Assembly: GCA_046155055.1 (NCBI GenBank)
Contig: JBJXEK010000017.1
Location: 1 to 46,320 of the forward strand
Source of the DNA: Novosphingobium sp.
GTDB taxonomy: Bacteria; Pseudomonadota; Alphaproteobacteria; Sphingomonadales; Sphingomonadaceae
DNA length: 46,320 nucleotides
Direction: 5' to 3'
The notes below the pieces were generated by a model, which was not told where the DNA came from, did not search any database, and saw only the letters and a program-made list of their open reading frames with translations. Positions 44,341 through 46,320 of the stretch are shown in pieces. Made by a program: the position numbers and the translations under genes. How positions within the stretch are numbered: position 1 is the stretch's first letter; every line of letters starts with the position of its first letter.

Positions 44341-45882
44341 ATGCACTATCACCCCAGTTTCCACGCACGGACCCACCCGGACAAGCCCGCGGTGATCATG
44401 ACCGGCAGCGGCGAGATGGTCACCTACGGTGAGCTCGAAAGCCAGAGCAACCGCTTCGCCCGGCTGCTGCGCGCACGCGGGATCGGCATCGGCGATACCA
44501 TCGCGCTGTGCTTCGAAAACCACCCCGCCTTCTATTCGCTGTGCTGGGGTGCCCAGCGCGCCGGCATCGTCTATGTTGCGATTTCCTCGCGTCTCACCGC
44601 GCCGGAAGTCGCCTATATCGCGCGTGACAGCGGCGCGAAGTTGCTGGTCGGGCTCGCCTCCCTCGCACGCGTGCTCGATGCCGTCGCCTCAGAAGCACCC
44701 GAAGTCCCGCAACTGCGCCTGGGCGGCGAAGATGGGGGCGTCCATGATCTCGCCGCCGCGCTGGCGTCCATGCCTGATGAGCCGGTCGCCGACGAGCGCG
44801 CAGGCTGCGACATGCTCTATTCGTCGGGTACGACCGGCAAGCCCAAGGGCGTGCGCGTACCGCTGCCGGAAGATCCCGCGATCGGCGGCGCCAATTCGCT
44901 GATCGCGCTCGCCAGCGGCCCCTTCGGCATTCGCGGCGATGCAGTCTACCTCTCGCCCGCGCCGCTTTACCATGCCGCGCCGCTGCGCTGGTCGATGACC
45001 GTCCACCGGCTTGGCGGCACCGTCGTCTGCATGGAAAAGTTCGATGCCGAAAAGGCGCTGCAGGCAATCGAGCACTACCGCGTGACTGACAGCCAGTGGG
45101 TGCCCACCCATTTTGTGCGGATGCTCAAGCTGCCCGAAGACGTGCGGACGCGCTACGACCTCTCCTCGCTGCGCGGCGCGATCCATGCCGCTGCGCCTTG
45201 CCCGGTTCCGGTGAAGCGCGCGATGATCGAATGGTGGGGGCCTGTCCTCAACGAGTATTACGCCGGCACCGAAGGCAACGGCTTCACCTTCATTTCGAGC
45301 GCCGAATGGCTGGCCCGTCCCGGTTCGGTTGGCCGCGCCCTGCTCGGCACGATCCGCATCTGCGACGAGGCTGGCGACGAGGTGCCGCGCGGCACCGAGG
45401 GCCAGGTATTCTTCGAGGGCGGCAACCCGTTCAGCTACCACAACGATCCCGACAAGACCCGCGATGCAACCAATCGCCACGGCTGGACCAGCCTTGGCGA
45501 TGTCGGCGTGGAGGATGAGGAGGGTTACCTGTTCCTCACCGATCGCAAGAGCTTCATGATCATCTCCGGGGGGGTCAACATCTACCCGCAAGAGATCGAG
45601 AACCTATTGATAACACATCCGAAAGTGGCCGATGTGGCGGTCATCGGCGCGCCCGATCCGGACATGGGCGAACGCGTGGTCGCCGTGATCCAGCCTGCGG
45701 ATTTCGCCGAGGCCGGCCCTGCCTTGGCCGAGGAGCTGACCGCCTGGCTCGCCCCGCAGCTCAGCCGGGTCAAGCACCCGCGCCAGATCGACTTCCGCGA
45801 AGAACTGCCGCGCGAACCCACTGGCAAGCTGTTCAAGCGCCTTCTGCGCGACGAGTACAAGGCCGCTGCCGCCGCTCAATGA
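44341..45882 (+). CDS. Acyl-CoA synthetase (AMP-binding)
   Basis: YSSGTTGKPKG, PLYH.AP, EYYAGTEG, GDVG, DRKSFMIISGGVNIYP, TGKLFKR. Start ATG 44341 (or 44335) after GAGGA. Confidence 0.92.
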   Translation: MHYHPSFHARTHPDKPAVIMTGSGEMVTYGELESQSNRFARLLRARGIGIGDTIALCFENHPAFYSLCWGAQRAGIVYVAISSRLTAPEVAYIARDSGAKLLVGLASLARVLDAVASEAPEVPQLRLGGEDGGVHDLAAALASMPDEPVADERAGCDMLYSSGTTGKPKGVRVPLPEDPAIGGANSLIALASGPFGIRGDAVYLSPAPLYHAAPLRWSMTVHRLGGTVVCMEKFDAEKALQAIEHYRVTDSQWVPTHFVRMLKLPEDVRTRYDLSSLRGAIHAAAPCPVPVKRAMIEWWGPVLNEYYAGTEGNGFTFISSAEWLARPGSVGRALLGTIRICDEAGDEVPRGTEGQVFFEGGNPFSYHNDPDKTRDATNRHGWTSLGDVGVEDEEGYLFLTDRKSFMIISGGVNIYPQEIENLLITHPKVADVAVIGAPDPDMGERVVAVIQPADFAEAGPALAEELTAWLAPQLSRVKHPRQIDFREELPREPTGKLFKRLLRDEYKAAAAAQ

Positions 45883-45884
45883 GC

Positions 45885-45925
45885 GAGTGGCGATAAACGG
45901 GGACAGTCCCTGTTTATCGCCACTC
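45885..45925. repeat. 41-bp near-perfect palindrome with GGGACAGTCCC core (REP-like)
   Basis: GAGTGGCGATAAACGGGGAC-a-GTCCCTGTTTATCGCCACTC, 19/20 complementary, starting 2 nt after the stop codon. Confidence 0.75.
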
Positions 45926-45952
45926 CAAGCCCGATCACACACAGCATCAAGT

Positions 45953-46000
45953 GCCTATATCGTCAATTTTCTTGACATCACGAACCATATAGGCTAAATG
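45953..46000 (+). promoter_or_regulatory. Putative sigma70 promoter bracketed by an inverted 11-bp repeat
   Basis: TTGACA (45972-45977), 17-nt spacer, TAAATG; GCCTATATCGT (45953-45963) and ACCATATAGGC (45984-45994) are 10/11 inverted repeats. Confidence 0.5.
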
Positions 46001-46320
46001 CCGCAACGGATCGGGAGTGTGGCTAGGCCGGCCTCGCTTCGCTCCATTCGGGGTTCACGCCCCGGACGCGGCCGGTGCGGGCTCGCAGGGTTCAAGCTTG
46101 GCTTCCAGGCTTGTTGAAGGATCGGGGCGGTAACGCTCAAAGACCTGGCCCAGGCAAGCCGCACCCACCGCGGGATGAGGATATGGTGCGGCGCAGTCAG
46201 CCGCAAAGGCACTGCCCAGCCGCCCGCGAATCCCGGTCCGGCAGCGCCAAGCCTCTTTCCGCAACCCACAGGACCGAGCCGGGAACGCCCGCATGGCTGC
46301 GCCCCGGACGCTCGCTACAA

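Noticed and set aside
1-46320. CRISPR arrays, tRNA/rRNA genes, transposases and anti-phage defence genes
   Set aside because: No regularly spaced repeats, tRNA/rRNA signatures or diagnostic protein motifs were seen on reading; an Infernal or DefenseFinder run would be needed to exclude divergent ones.

Overview
High-GC alphaproteobacterial chromosome, most likely a sphingomonad (Novosphingobium-like; inferred from gene order and protein style). The centre (~9.1-23.5 kb) is a compact, intact, single-strand RcGTA-like gene transfer agent head-tail cluster: TerS-like, TerL, portal, small membrane protein, prohead protease, capsid, adaptor, tail terminator, tail tube, two chaperones, short tape measure, distal tail, hub, NlpC/P60, megatron-like and DUF2793-like genes. 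It has no integrase, replication or recognisable lysis genes. The flanks are housekeeping genes: glnD (partial), two acyl-CoA ligases, lgt, a MidA-like methyltransferase, petABC, apt, a YqaA/DedA protein, OmpA, MFS, queC, argD-argF-hslO, an RGG-rich double cold-shock protein, a TerC operon, agmatine deiminase, M28 peptidase, glnE-bcp-DUF455 and an M23 peptidase. Most interesting: (1) the GTA distal-tail gene carries a ~575-aa extra N-terminal region and keeps an in-frame SD+ATG at the domain boundary, suggesting two isoforms, while the megatron is short; (2) the canonical stopper is replaced by a 68-aa ORF with a 12-bp tandem repeat; (3) a 280-bp structured MITE abuts a RIME-like repeat next to apt; (4) a promoter at the window end resembles the GTA promoter. 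Family assignments come from motif recognition only; no searches were run.
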